The notes under the pieces were generated by a model, which was not told where the DNA came from, did no database searches, and worked only from the letters and a program-made list of their open reading frames with translations. From Elusimicrobiota bacterium (GTDB lineage: Bacteria; Elusimicrobiota; Elusimicrobia; UBA1565; UBA9628): 64,000 nucleotides of DNA. Positions 19,853-29,459 of this stretch are shown here, piece after piece. The first letter of the stretch is position 1. Every line of letters starts with the position of its first letter. Made by a program: the position numbers and the translations under genes. The stretch is taken from assembly GCA_016207605.1 (NCBI GenBank), contig JACQPJ010000016.1, positions 2,452-66,451 of the forward strand. The letters are read 5' to 3'.

Positions 19853-19898
19853 GCCGGTTGGTTTGACCTTTGCCTTGGCAAAGGTCAAACCAACCGGC
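19853..19898. repeat. 46-bp perfect palindrome (23-bp arms, 2-nt loop): CGCCGGTTGGTTTGACCTTTGCC-TT-GGCAAAGGTCAAACCAACCGGCG.
   Basis: Read from the sequence; intergenic between the ferredoxin start and the ppiC-like stop; no U-tract. Confidence 0.6.
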
Positions 19899-20049
19899 GA
19901 TGCCGCGAAGGCGAGTGCGGACCGCGCGCCCGCGCGGCGAGCGTTCACAGCTGCGCCGTCACTCCGAGCGCGGCTCAACGCCGCGCGTCCCCGACAAAGG
20001 AAGGATCGAACGGCGGTCCCCATGACATTGCTCTCCATCAGGGTGCGCG

Positions 20050-20931
20050 TTAGGGCGCGGGCGGCGCAGCGCCGGGGGTCTTGATCTCGGCCTGGCGGCG
20101 CAGCTCGCGCAGGTAGTCGGGCGCGGCCTTGCGGATCTTCTCGGTCAGGAGAAGCTCCCGCAGGTCGTCCTTGACCTCGGCCAAGCGCACGGGCTTGGCC
20201 GGCCGGGCCTCCAGGACCTGGAGGACGTGCTGGCCGCGCGGCCCGGGGACGATGCGGGTCTCGCCGGGCTTCATCGCGAAGGCGATCTGGTCGATCTCGG
20301 AGGGGAGCATGCCCCGCGCCACGAAGCCGTAGTCGCCGCCCACCGCCTTGCCGCTGGCGGCCAGGGAGCGCTCGCGCGCCAGCGCCTTGAAGTCCGCGCC
20401 GGACTTGAGCTTGACGACGACGTCCTTGGCCTCGTCGGCCGTCTCGACCAGGATGTGGCGCAGATGCACGGCCTCGGGCCGGCCGAGCTTGTCCTTGTTC
20501 TTTTGGAAGGCCTCCTCCAGCTCCGCGGCCGCCACGAGCAGGCCCTTGGCCTGGGCGATAAGCCGCTCGCGCAGGATCTCGTCGGCGAGGTCCGCGCGGA
20601 CCTTGGCCAGCGAGGAGTCCGCCTGCTCCAGCTGGGCCAGCAGGAGCGCCCGGCTGCCGAACTGGTCCTCCAGCTTGGCGACGCGCTTGTCCACGTCGGC
20701 CGAGTCGACCTTGAGGCCTCTCTTGGCCGCGGCCTGGCGCAGCAGCAGCTCGTCGATCATCTCATCGAGGGTCTGCGGCCCGTGGCGCTTCCACAGGCGC
20801 TCCATCACCTCCGACTGGAGGATGGGGGTGCCGTTGACGGTCACGACCGCCTGTCCCGCCGGCAGGCCGGCGGCCGCGCCACGCGAGCCGGCGAAAAAAA
20901 GCGCGAAAAGGCTGGAAAAAAGAGGACTCAT
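20050..20931 (-). CDS. PpiC-type peptidyl-prolyl isomerase (SurA/PrsA-like), secreted.
   Basis: Signal peptide, SurA-like N-terminal region, parvulin domain. Confidence 0.65.
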   Translation of the reverse strand: MSPLFSSLFALFFAGSRGAAAGLPAGQAVVTVNGTPILQSEVMERLWKRHGPQTLDEMIDELLLRQAAAKRGLKVDSADVDKRVAKLEDQFGSRALLLAQLEQADSSLAKVRADLADEILRERLIAQAKGLLVAAAELEEAFQKNKDKLGRPEAVHLRHILVETADEAKDVVVKLKSGADFKALARERSLAASGKAVGGDYGFVARGMLPSEIDQIAFAMKPGETRIVPGPRGQHVLQVLEARPAKPVRLAEVKDDLRELLLTEKIRKAAPDYLRELRRQAEIKTPGAAPPAP

Positions 20932-20980
20932 CTGGTATATCCTTGGAGGAATTTAGGGAAATGATAGAATAAAAAATCGC

Positions 20981-21316
20981 ATGCTGAACTGCACGCCGCG
21001 CGCGATCGAAAAGATCGAGGACGCCCAGCTTCGCATCCTGTGGGAGGACGACCACGAGACGGTGCTCTCCTTCGCCCAGCTGCGCCGCCACTGCCCCTGC
21101 GCGGCGTGCCGGGACGAGTGGAGCGGCGAGGCGCTTCTGGATCCCGCCGCGGTGCCCGACGGCCTGGGCGCGGCGCGCGCCGACGTGGTGGGCAACTACG
21201 CCCTGTCCTTTGCTTTCTCGGACGGGCACGGCGCCGGCGTCTATCCCTTCGAACTCCTGCGCAAGCTCTGCCGCTGCGCGGAGTGCGCCTACCACCCCGG
21301 CTCGGAGACGAATTGA
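20981..21316 (+). CDS. DUF971 domain protein.
   Basis: CPCAAC motif and a length of about 110 aa typical of DUF971. Confidence 0.55.
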   Translation: MLNCTPRAIEKIEDAQLRILWEDDHETVLSFAQLRRHCPCAACRDEWSGEALLDPAAVPDGLGAARADVVGNYALSFAFSDGHGAGVYPFELLRKLCRCAECAYHPGSETN

Positions 21317-23244
21317 CCGCGCCTGCTCCGGGCCGCGTCCTCCTGGTCGGCATCGAGGGGGCCGCGGAGCGCGAGCTGTCCGCTTTTCTGTCCGGGTTCG
21401 AGCGCGAGCTCGCGTCCGACGCGAGGCGGGCCGCCCTTCGGATCCGCGCGGCGGAATTCGCGGCCGCGGTCTTCGACGCGTCCCGTCTGCCCGCGGCGGA
21501 CCGCGAGGCCCTGGCCGTCCTCCAGCGCGAACGCGGCTTCGTCTTGCTCGGCCTGGAGCCGGACGTCCCTCTGTCTCCCGCCGCGCAGGCGCCCCTGCGC
21601 CGCCTGCCCTGGCCCCTGCCGCTGGGCTTTCTCGACCAGGTCCGGGCCGCCAAGGTCCCGGTCGTCTTCCTGGTCGCGCCGACGCTGTTTTTGACCCACG
21701 GGATCCAGAACGCCCTCCGCCAGGCGGGAGTCCAGTTCTTCCAGACGGACGGGTCGTTGGGGCTCATCGAGATGCTGAGGGAGCAGGTGCGCCTGGCCGA
21801 GGAGGCCGCGGCGTCTCCCGGCCTGCTGGCGCGCCTGACCGGGCGCGCCGGGAGCGGCGACCCCGGCCTGGGCCGCGTCGCGGTGGTCAAGTTTGCCGAG
21901 GGACCGGAGGAGGCCGTGAACTTCGACGCCCGCCTCCGCCAGGCCCTGCCTGGGACCGCGGTCTACCTGGCGACCGCGGTCGATCCCGTCGCGGCCGCGG
22001 CCGCGGCTGCGGCGGCCGGCCGGCCCGCGCTGCTGCCCCGCGAGTGCGTCCCGCGGCTGGCCGAGATCCTCCTCGGGGCCCGCGGCGGCGTCTGCGCGTC
22101 TCCAGGGGGAGAGCGCATCCTCCTGGTGGACAACGACATGCCCACGCTCTCGCGGCTCTCCGAGGCCCTGCTGGCGCTGGGCTACGAGGTGGAAACGGCC
22201 CTGCGCGGCGAGGAGGCCCTGCGCCTGGCCGAGAGCCGTCCCTTCGCCCTCGCCGCCATCGGCGGCTCCGCGCTGGAGACGACCAAGCTCTCCGGGGCCC
22301 ACCTTGCCGTGAGGCTGCGCGAGCGCGACAAGGACCTGCGCATCGTGCTCCTCGTCGATCAGTTTCCGGTCCAGGACGCGCTCAAGGGCGTCAGCCGAGC
22401 CGTGGAGTTGGGCCTCGACGACGCGCTCCTCAAGCCCGTGGACGTCTCGCGTCTGGCCCTGTCCATCCGGCGCGCCTTGGAGCGCCGCTTCCTCCTGCTC
22501 GAGAACGCCCGGCTCCTGCGCGAGGTCCAGGAGTCGGCGCGCCAGCTCGCCCAGGTCAACGGCTTCCAGGCCAAGTTTTTCGCCACCGTCGCCCACGACG
22601 TCAAGAATCCGCTCACCGCCATCTTGGGCTACGCGGAGCTGCTCGGCGCGCGCCTCAAGGACCGCCCCGACCTGCTCGCCTTCGCCTCCTACATCCACAA
22701 GGCCGCCCAGGCCCTCAACCTCCTGGTCTCCGACCTCGTGGACCTGGCCGCCATCGAGTCGGGCAAGCTGCGCGTCGAGCTGGGCCCCCTCGACTTGGCG
22801 CAAGTCGTCTCGGACGTGGCCTCGCGCGTCGCCGTGGCCGCCCAGGCCAAGAAGCTGACGTTCGAGGTCCGCGGGGCGTCCGGGCTGCCGGCCCTGCGCG
22901 GCGACCCCCACCGCATCGGCCAGGTCCTCCAGAACCTCTGCACCAACGCGGTGCAGTACACGCCCGAGGGGGGGGCGGTGTCGATCGAGGCGGGCGTCGC
23001 GGGCGGCCGCGTCCGCGTGGGCGTGCGCGACACCGGCATCGGCATCGCCCCCGAGGACCTGCCGCGCGTCTGGGAGCGCTTCTTTCAGGCCAGGCAGGCC
23101 CAGGACCTGCGCAAGGCGGGCTTCGGCCTGGGACTCAAGATCGCGCGCGAGATCGTGCAGAGGCACGGGGGGGAGATGGAGGTCGAGTCCAATCCTGGGA
23201 AAGGCTCCTTCTTCTACTTCACCCTCCCCGTTCCTCCGGCCTGA
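21313..23244 (+). CDS. Cytoplasmic signal-transduction histidine kinase with N-terminal receiver-like domains (TTG start inferred).
   Basis: H-box FFATVAHDVKNPLTAI and HATPase_c N/G boxes; receiver-like segment lacks the conserved phospho-Asp; TTGA overlap with DUF971. Confidence 0.6.
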   Translation: MTAPAPGRVLLVGIEGAAERELSAFLSGFERELASDARRAALRIRAAEFAAAVFDASRLPAADREALAVLQRERGFVLLGLEPDVPLSPAAQAPLRRLPWPLPLGFLDQVRAAKVPVVFLVAPTLFLTHGIQNALRQAGVQFFQTDGSLGLIEMLREQVRLAEEAAASPGLLARLTGRAGSGDPGLGRVAVVKFAEGPEEAVNFDARLRQALPGTAVYLATAVDPVAAAAAAAAAGRPALLPRECVPRLAEILLGARGGVCASPGGERILLVDNDMPTLSRLSEALLALGYEVETALRGEEALRLAESRPFALAAIGGSALETTKLSGAHLAVRLRERDKDLRIVLLVDQFPVQDALKGVSRAVELGLDDALLKPVDVSRLALSIRRALERRFLLLENARLLREVQESARQLAQVNGFQAKFFATVAHDVKNPLTAILGYAELLGARLKDRPDLLAFASYIHKAAQALNLLVSDLVDLAAIESGKLRVELGPLDLAQVVSDVASRVAVAAQAKKLTFEVRGASGLPALRGDPHRIGQVLQNLCTNAVQYTPEGGAVSIEAGVAGGRVRVGVRDTGIGIAPEDLPRVWERFFQARQAQDLRKAGFGLGLKIAREIVQRHGGEMEVESNPGKGSFFYFTLPVPPA

Positions 23245-25244
23245 TGGCCGCGCCTTTCTCGGAGCTGGAGCGCCGGGTCGCCTCCGGCTCCCTGCTCACC
23301 TCCGCGGCCGACTTGGCCGTCTACTCCTACGACGGCGCGCTCGACCGCGGCCGGCCCGAGGCCGTCCTGATCGCGCGCTCGACTGAAGACGTCGGCGCCG
23401 CGATCTCCTGGTGCGCGGCCCGCCGCGTCCCTTTCACGGCGCGCGGCGCCGGCACCAACCTGTCCGGCGGCTGCGTCCCGCTCCGGGGAGGCCTGGTGAT
23501 CTCCCTGGCCCGGCTTCGCCGCATCCTCTCCATCGACCGGGACGCCCGCGTCGCCTGCGTCGAGCCCGGTGTCGTCAACCTGGAGCTGCAGAAGGCCGCC
23601 GAGCCCCTCGGCCTCTTCTACGCGCCCGACCCCGCGAGCTTCCGGGTTTCGACGATCGGCGGCAACGCCGCCGAGAACGCCGGCGGGCCGCGCTGCCTCA
23701 AATACGGCGTCACCACCAATCACGTCCTGGCCGCCGAGGCCGTGCTTCCGGACGGCAGCCTGGCGCGCTTCTCCCTCGAAGACGACGGCCCCGAGCTTTT
23801 GAGCCTCCTGATCGGCGCGGAGGGCACGCTTGGCCTGCTGACCAAGCTCTGGGTGCGCCTGACGCCGCTGCCCGAGGACGTCCGGACCCTGCTGGCGGGG
23901 TTTCCGGTCCTCGACGCCGCCGTGGAGGCGGTCTCGGCCGTGATCGCGGCCGGCGTCCTGCCCCGCTGCCTGGAGGCCATGGACGCCGCCACCGTCGCCT
24001 CGGTGGAGGCGGGCGGCGGCTTGGGCTATCTCAAGGACCCCGCCGTCCTGCTCATCGAGCTCGACGGCCCCCGCGCCGACGTGGAGCGCGAGGCCGGGAT
24101 CGTCGAGAGCCTCTGCCGCGGGAAGGGCGCCTCCGCCGTGCGCGCGGCGCGCGACCCCGCCGAGCGCGAGCGCCTCTGGGAGGGACGCCGCGGCGCCTAC
24201 GCCGCCCTCGCCCGCCTGGCCCCCAACGTCCTGGTCGAGGACGGCGTGGTGCCGCGCGACAAGCTCCCCGAGGTGGTGCGGCGGATTCAACGCATCGCCG
24301 CGGAGCACGACGTCAAGGCCTATTTATTGTTTCATGCCGGCGACGGCAACATCCACCCCAACATCGCCTTCGACGAGCGCGACCCCGAGGAAACCGCCCG
24401 CGTCAAGGCCGCCGGCCGCGCCATGCTCCAGGCCTGCGTGGAGCTGGGCGGCTCGCTCTCCGGCGAGCACGGCATCGGCATGGACAAGCGCGACGCCATG
24501 GCCTGGCTCTTCACGCCCGAGACCCTGTCCCTCTTCCGCCGCGTCAAGGACGCCCTCGACCCCGACCATCTCGCCAACCCCGGCAAGATCTTCCCCGCGC
24601 CCGGCGGGGCGCGCCCCGGCCCGGAGTTCCGCCGTCCCGCGCCTGCGCCGCCGAGCGCGGCGGCGCAATACCTGGTCGCGGCGGTCCGCTCCGCGCCTCC
24701 GGGCGTCCGCTTTCGCATCCGCGGCGCCTCGACCCGCTGGCCCGACGCGGCCCCCGACGGCGCCGTCGAGCTGCTCACCCACGGGATGGACCGCATCCTG
24801 GACCTGGACCGCGGCAACCTCACCCTCACCGTCGAGGCGGGCATTCCGCTCCGGGTCCTCCACGACCAGCTCCGGGGCGAGAAGCTCCACGTTCGGCTGC
24901 CCGACGCCCCCGGCACCCTCGGCGGCCTCCTCGCCGCCCGTCCCTGGCCCGGCGCCCGCGAGGATCTGCTCGGGATGCGCCTTCTGCTGTCCAACGGCGA
25001 CGTGGTCGAGCTGGGCGGCAAGGTCGTCAAGAACGTGGCCGGCTACGACCTGTCCCGCCTCGTCCTCGGCTCCTGGGGGACCCTCGGCCTCATCCTGGAC
25101 GCGACCTACAAGCTTTACGCCGCTCCCGTCGCGGTCCCGTCCTCCGTGCCCGCCGTCCGGCCGCCCGCCGTCTGGTCCCCGTGGGCCCGCCGCGTCCGCC
25201 GAGCCTTCGACCCCGACGGCCGCCTGAATCCGCAGCTGTCCTAG
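23244..25244 (+). CDS. glcD: FAD-linked oxidase, fused GlcD-GlcE type (two FAD-binding PCMH domains).
   Basis: Two tandem FAD_binding_4-like regions in 666 aa; ATGA overlap with the kinase; stop codon supplied by repeat copy C. Confidence 0.65.
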   Translation: MAAPFSELERRVASGSLLTSAADLAVYSYDGALDRGRPEAVLIARSTEDVGAAISWCAARRVPFTARGAGTNLSGGCVPLRGGLVISLARLRRILSIDRDARVACVEPGVVNLELQKAAEPLGLFYAPDPASFRVSTIGGNAAENAGGPRCLKYGVTTNHVLAAEAVLPDGSLARFSLEDDGPELLSLLIGAEGTLGLLTKLWVRLTPLPEDVRTLLAGFPVLDAAVEAVSAVIAAGVLPRCLEAMDAATVASVEAGGGLGYLKDPAVLLIELDGPRADVEREAGIVESLCRGKGASAVRAARDPAERERLWEGRRGAYAALARLAPNVLVEDGVVPRDKLPEVVRRIQRIAAEHDVKAYLLFHAGDGNIHPNIAFDERDPEETARVKAAGRAMLQACVELGGSLSGEHGIGMDKRDAMAWLFTPETLSLFRRVKDALDPDHLANPGKIFPAPGGARPGPEFRRPAPAPPSAAAQYLVAAVRSAPPGVRFRIRGASTRWPDAAPDGAVELLTHGMDRILDLDRGNLTLTVEAGIPLRVLHDQLRGEKLHVRLPDAPGTLGGLLAARPWPGAREDLLGMRLLLSNGDVVELGGKVVKNVAGYDLSRLVLGSWGTLGLILDATYKLYAAPVAVPSSVPAVRPPAVWSPWARRVRRAFDPDGRLNPQLS

Positions 25245-25300
25245 GAGCGTGTCCTGCGGACGCGGCACAGATGCGCTGAGGAAATCCCCATAGCGTCTAG
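25241..25300 (+). repeat. Copy C of the CTAG-bounded repeat; its terminal CTAGs supply the stop codons of glcDE (+) and the XRE regulator (-).
   Basis: TAG at 25242-25244 and CTA at 25297-25299 both lie within the element termini. Confidence 0.7.
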
Positions 25301-25641
25301 TCGTCCCGGACGAGGGACTTGAGCACGCGCAGGACCTTCGAGCGCTGCCGGGGCGACATCTCCTTGACCATCGCGCCCATCTTGCCGGCCCAGCCGTAAT
25401 CAGGGAGTTGGCGCGTCGGGATGTCCGCAAAAATACTGGCGACCGGGACTCCCAGCGCGTCGGCCAATCTCTTGACCATATTGATGCTGGGCGCGGTTTT
25501 CCCGTTCTCGATCCGGCTCAAATGCGCGGTGTCCACGGCCGCCGCCTCCGCCAACTCCTGCTGGGTAAAATGGCGCGCTTCCCTCTCCGTCTTGACGCGC
25601 CGTCCGATCAAGGCGTAGAGCTCGGTCGTGGAGAAGCTCAT
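25297..25641 (-). CDS. XRE-family HTH transcriptional regulator.
   Basis: HTH_3 region (FTQQELAEAAAVDTAHLSRIENGK). Confidence 0.7.
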   Translation of the reverse strand: MSFSTTELYALIGRRVKTEREARHFTQQELAEAAAVDTAHLSRIENGKTAPSINMVKRLADALGVPVASIFADIPTRQLPDYGWAGKMGAMVKEMSPRQRSKVLRVLKSLVRDD

Positions 25642-25807
25642 GCCTGGTCATTCTACGCGCCTCCGCGAGCCTTTATAATGCTTTATAAGACAATATATTA
25701 ATTTGTTATAGACGCATTGTCTGGCGCGGCTCTGAATGAGCGAACGAACCGAAACTTACAATGTTTTGTTTTGCAGTTGGGTGCAAACTGCGCATTTCCG
25801 AATAGCG

Positions 25808-25813
25808 GTATAA
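25808..25813 (+). promoter_or_regulatory. TATAAT hexamer 7 nt upstream of the GTG start of glcF; possible -10 element of a leaderless transcript.
   Basis: Sequence ggTATAATgaagcGTG; surrounded by AT-rich palindromes (AGACAAT-n20-ATTGTCT at 25689-25722) in the divergent regulatory region. Confidence 0.25.
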
Positions 25814-25819
25814 TGAAGC

Positions 25820-27112
25820 GTGGCGGAGACGCTGGGACGGCTGAGGACGGCTCTGGGCGACCGCGGGGACTACGACGCGGCGGCGCAGTGCTCGCGCTGC
25901 GGCTACTGCGAGCAGGCCTGCCCGACCTACGTCGCGACGGGGCGGGAAGCGCAGTCGCCGCGGGGGCGGGCGCAGATCGTGCGCTTGATGCTGGAGGGAA
26001 AGCTCGACGATCCCGCGGCGGCCGAGGAGGCGCTCTCGACCTGCCTGCTCTGCGGGGCCTGCCAGACCGTCTGCTACGCCAAGGTGCCGGTGCCCGACCT
26101 CGCGCTGGAGGGGCGGCGGATGCTGCGGGGAAAGCCGCATTGGCTGGTGAGGCGGGCCTCGCGGCTTTTAATCGAGGATCCGCGGCGGCTGGCGGCTTTT
26201 CTGAAGATCGGCTATTTCTTCAAGCGCCTGGGGCTGTCCTGGCTTTCGGCGCCGTTGCTTCGGCTCGCCGGCCTGCCCGTTTTGGCCTCGATGGACGAGC
26301 ATGTCCGGGAGGCGCCGCGGCGGCTTCTCGACGACGAGCTGCCGGCCCTGCGCGCGGCGGGAGAGGGGGATGCCTGGCTGTACTTCGCTCCGTGCGGGCC
26401 GCGCTCTTTGTTTCCGCGCGTGGGCGCTGCGACGTGGCGCGCGCTGACGGCGCTGCGCGGCCCCGGGCGCTTTCTCGACAACGCGTGCTGCGGTCTGCTG
26501 GCGCACAATTACGGGGAACTGGAGGACGCGCGGACCTTGGCGCGGCGCAACATCGAGCGTGCGGAGGCGGCGGGCGAGGCGGAGGCGGTGGGGGATTGCT
26601 CGTCGTGCGTCGCGTTCCTGAAGACATATCCGCAGATGTTCCTGGGCGACGCCGACGCGGCCTGGCGGGAGCGGGCGGAGCGCTTCGCCGCGCGCGTGAA
26701 GGACGTCGTGGAGGTTTACGGCTCCTGCGCCGCGGGCTTGCCCGCGGCCGCGTCGGCGGGGACCGTCTCCTACCACGACTCCTGCCGGGCGCTCAACGGG
26801 CAGGGACTTCGGGACGAGCCGCGGCGGGCGGCGCGGGCGGCGGCGGGCGGGACGTTCGTCGAGATGCCGGACGCCGACGTTTGCTGCGGGGGGGCGGGGG
26901 CGTTCGCGTTCACGCATGAGGAGCTCTCGGACGAGATCCTTCGGCGCAAAGCGGGCGGCGCGGTCTCCATCGGGGCGAGGACGGTGCTCACCAGCTCCAC
27001 GTCGTGCCTGATCCAGCTTGCCCGCGGTTTTCGGAAATACTATCCTGACGCCACGGTGCTTCATCTCTCCGAATACGTCGCGCGGGCTCTGGACGGACGG
27101 CGTGGGGCGTAG
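25820..27112 (+). CDS. glcF: Glycolate-oxidase-type iron-sulfur subunit (GlcF-like, two 4Fe-4S motifs plus CCG domains); GTG start.
   Basis: CxxCxxCxxxCP ferredoxin motifs followed by cysteine-rich CCG-type repeats. Confidence 0.65.
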   Translation: MAETLGRLRTALGDRGDYDAAAQCSRCGYCEQACPTYVATGREAQSPRGRAQIVRLMLEGKLDDPAAAEEALSTCLLCGACQTVCYAKVPVPDLALEGRRMLRGKPHWLVRRASRLLIEDPRRLAAFLKIGYFFKRLGLSWLSAPLLRLAGLPVLASMDEHVREAPRRLLDDELPALRAAGEGDAWLYFAPCGPRSLFPRVGAATWRALTALRGPGRFLDNACCGLLAHNYGELEDARTLARRNIERAEAAGEAEAVGDCSSCVAFLKTYPQMFLGDADAAWRERAERFAARVKDVVEVYGSCAAGLPAAASAGTVSYHDSCRALNGQGLRDEPRRAARAAAGGTFVEMPDADVCCGGAGAFAFTHEELSDEILRRKAGGAVSIGARTVLTSSTSCLIQLARGFRKYYPDATVLHLSEYVARALDGRRGA

Positions 27113-27158
27113 GCAGGAGCTCGAGAAGAGACAGTCCCTCCTGGCGCGTTTCGGCCGC

Positions 27159-28259
27159 ATGGTCGCGGCCGAGACCCATCTCGACCGCCTTCTGACCATT
27201 ATCGCCGAGGAGGTGCGCAACATCCTCCTGGCCGACCGCTGCTCGGTCTTCCTCGTCGACGCCGCCAAGGGCGAGCTGTGGACCCGGGCGGCGGTGGGCG
27301 TGGAGGAGAAGGTCCTGCGCGTTCCCATCGGCCAGGGCGTGGCGGGCTTCGTGGCCAAGACCGGCTCTGCCGTCAACATCCGCGACGCCTACAAGGACAC
27401 GCGCTTCGCCCAGGACCTTGACCGCATCATCGGCTACCAGACGCGCACCGTGCTCGCCGTGCCCCTGCGCGGCCGCGACGGCAAGGCCCTGGGCGTCTTC
27501 GAGGTGCTCAACAAGGCCAAGGGGAACTTCACCGAGGAGGACGAGGGGCTCCTGCGCATCCTGGCCACGATGGCGGCCAGCTTCATCGAGAACGCGACCC
27601 TCTACGAAGACCTGCGCCGCTCCCACCTCGAGACCATCTACCGCATGGCGCTCGTCGCCGAGTTCCGCGACCAGGAGGACACCGGCCGCCACCTGCGCCG
27701 CATGAGCCGCTTCTCCGGCCTGCTCGCGCTCGGCGTCGGGCTTTCCGAGCGGGAGGCCGAGGAGATCCGCTACGCCGCCCCGCTCCACGACGTGGGCAAG
27801 GTCGCCATCCCCGACTCCATCCTGCGCAAGCCGGGCAAGCTCACGCCCGAGGAGTACGAGGAGATGAAGAAGCACACGGTCTACGGGGAGCGCATGCTCG
27901 CGCGCGCCGAGAGTCGCCTGCTGCGCCTGGCCGCCGCCATCGCGGTGGGCCACCACGAGTGCTGGGACGGCACGGGCTATCCTTACGGGCTCAAGGGCGA
28001 GAAGATCCCGCTGGAGGCGCGCATCGTGACCGTGGCCGACGTCTTCGACGCGCTCTCCTCCAAGCGCGTGTACAAGGGCGAGTGGAAGCCCGAGGACGCC
28101 CTGCGCTACATCGAGGAGCGCTCCGGCACCCTCTACGACCCCCAGGTGGTCGCGGCCCTGAGCCGGCGCTTTGCCGAGATCCTGCAGGCCCGCGACGAGG
28201 AGAACCGCCGCATGCTCGCCGACGAGGCCGCCGCGGCGCTTCTCCCCAAGTCCGCTTGA
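27159..28259 (+). CDS. GAF-domain HD-GYP phosphohydrolase (cyclic-di-GMP phosphodiesterase type).
   Basis: GAF region followed by HD...HHECWDGTGYP motifs. Confidence 0.75.
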   Translation: MVAAETHLDRLLTIIAEEVRNILLADRCSVFLVDAAKGELWTRAAVGVEEKVLRVPIGQGVAGFVAKTGSAVNIRDAYKDTRFAQDLDRIIGYQTRTVLAVPLRGRDGKALGVFEVLNKAKGNFTEEDEGLLRILATMAASFIENATLYEDLRRSHLETIYRMALVAEFRDQEDTGRHLRRMSRFSGLLALGVGLSEREAEEIRYAAPLHDVGKVAIPDSILRKPGKLTPEEYEEMKKHTVYGERMLARAESRLLRLAAAIAVGHHECWDGTGYPYGLKGEKIPLEARIVTVADVFDALSSKRVYKGEWKPEDALRYIEERSGTLYDPQVVAALSRRFAEILQARDEENRRMLADEAAAALLPKSA

Positions 28260-28284
28260 TTCGTGCTAAAATCGCCGCCGAACC

Positions 28285-28358
28285 GCGGGCGTGGTTCATT
28301 GGTAGAACGGGTCCTTGCCAAGGATCAGACGGCGGTTCGATTCCGCTCGCCCGCTCCA
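28285..28358 (+). tRNA. tRNA-Gly (anticodon GCC), CCA encoded.
   Basis: Acceptor stem GCGGGCG/CGCCCGC, anticodon loop cuUGCCAag, T-loop GGTTCGATTCC; cloverleaf folded by eye. Confidence 0.9.
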
Positions 28359-28372
28359 GATTTAATTCCCCG

Positions 28373-28834
28373 ATGCTGACCATCTCTCGCCGTCTGCTCG
28401 TCAGCGCGCCCGCCGGCGTCGTCCGGCGCTACCTGGGGGACTTGCGCGAGATCGCGCGCTACGACCCCAAGGTGGACGCGGTGGAGCTCGCCGCCGCCGA
28501 CGAAGAGCCCGCGCGGGCCGTCCTTTCGGGGCGGTTCCTCGGCCTGCCTTGGCGCGGAGTCTTCCGTTTCGAGTTCGGCTCGGACGGCGGCTATCGCGGC
28601 GCGATGCTGGAGGGTCCCCTGCGCCGCATGGAGTTCCGCCTGAGTCTGCGCCCGGTCTCCGGGGGAACCATGCTTGAGCACAGCGAGAGCTATAAGCTGT
28701 CCGCCCTCCTGGGCCCGTTTCAGCCCTTCCTGCGGCGCCGGATCGCCTTCCTGCTGGAGACGAAGCTGGACGCCGTCAAGGAAGGCGCCGAGGCCCTCAA
28801 CCGCCGCCTCCACCTCCAAAGCCTGGAGGCCTGA
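28373..28834 (+). CDS. SRPBCC (START/polyketide-cyclase-like) family protein.
   Basis: 153-aa ORF with SRPBCC-like hydrophobic-pocket sequence character. Confidence 0.5.
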   Translation: MLTISRRLLVSAPAGVVRRYLGDLREIARYDPKVDAVELAAADEEPARAVLSGRFLGLPWRGVFRFEFGSDGGYRGAMLEGPLRRMEFRLSLRPVSGGTMLEHSESYKLSALLGPFQPFLRRRIAFLLETKLDAVKEGAEALNRRLHLQSLEA

Positions 28835-28849
28835 CCGGGCCGCGCCGCG

Positions 28850-29260
28850 TCAGCGGCCGTGGCACTTCTTGAACTTCTTGCCCGAGCCGCAATGGCAGGG
28901 CTCGTTGCGCCCGACCTCGGGCGTTGTCTTTACGTAGGTCTCGCCCGGCTTGGCCGGCTCCTCGGCGAAGGCGCCGCTCTCGATGCGCTCCTTGTTCGTC
29001 TCCATCCAGCCCTTGACCGCGGCGAAGTCCTTGACGTCGACGCCGTCGCGCCGCATGTGCAGGGCCAGCGTCCGCATCTGCTTGAGAAAGGCGGGGTCCT
29101 TCCACTTGCGCAGCAGCGTTCCCATCATCCCCTTGGCCGCGGGATCGCCGGCCAGCTCCGGCGGCAGCCGGGGCAGTCCCGGGATGGCGGGCATCTCCGC
29201 CGCGGGGGCCGTCGGCGCCTCGGGCTTCTTGAACGGATTGAGCTTCTGGAGCCAGGACAT
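28850..29260 (-). CDS. SEC-C motif domain protein.
   Basis: C-terminal [18 protein letters not shown] metal-binding motif. Confidence 0.6.
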   Translation of the reverse strand: MSWLQKLNPFKKPEAPTAPAAEMPAIPGLPRLPPELAGDPAAKGMMGTLLRKWKDPAFLKQMRTLALHMRRDGVDVKDFAAVKGWMETNKERIESGAFAEEPAKPGETYVKTTPEVGRNEPCHCGSGKKFKKCHGR

Positions 29261-29282
29261 GGAGACCTCGCTGGAAAACCGG

Positions 29283-29369
29283 CGGAAGGGGTGGGATTCG
29301 AACCCACGAGGGGCTTGCGCCCCTGGCAGTTTTCGAGACTGCTACCTTCAACCGCTCGGTCACCCTTCC
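29283..29369 (-). tRNA. tRNA-Ser (anticodon CGA), long variable arm, CCA not encoded.
   Basis: Reverse complement folds with acceptor GGAAGGG/CCCTTCC, anticodon loop cuCGAaa, variable arm, T-loop GGTTCGAATCC. Confidence 0.85.
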
Positions 29370-29459
29370 GTGAACGACGGAGCATTATAGCAGAAGCGCC
29401 GTTTGCTCCATAAAATTTGGATAATAGGGCTCCGCCCGACGGTCCATGAGGTTGAAACG

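Noticed and set aside
19899-20049. Possible tRNA-like fragment (ggatcgaacggcggtcccc) downstream of the 46-bp palindrome.
   Set aside because: No acceptor or anticodon arms can be built around it; it only resembles a T-arm superficially.
21210-25244. 1344-aa ORF in the six-frame track spanning the kinase and glcDE region.
   Set aside because: It is a composite: its first roughly 680 codons are an out-of-frame, Arg/Pro/Gly-rich read through the histidine kinase gene, typical of a spurious ORF in GC-rich DNA. Only the last 666 codons (23244-25244) have protein-like sequence.
28285-29369. tRNA-Gly and tRNA-Ser as anchors of an integrated element.
   Set aside because: No integrase, direct repeats of the tRNA 3' end, or compositional shift between them; the intervening SRPBCC and SEC-C genes have core-like GC.
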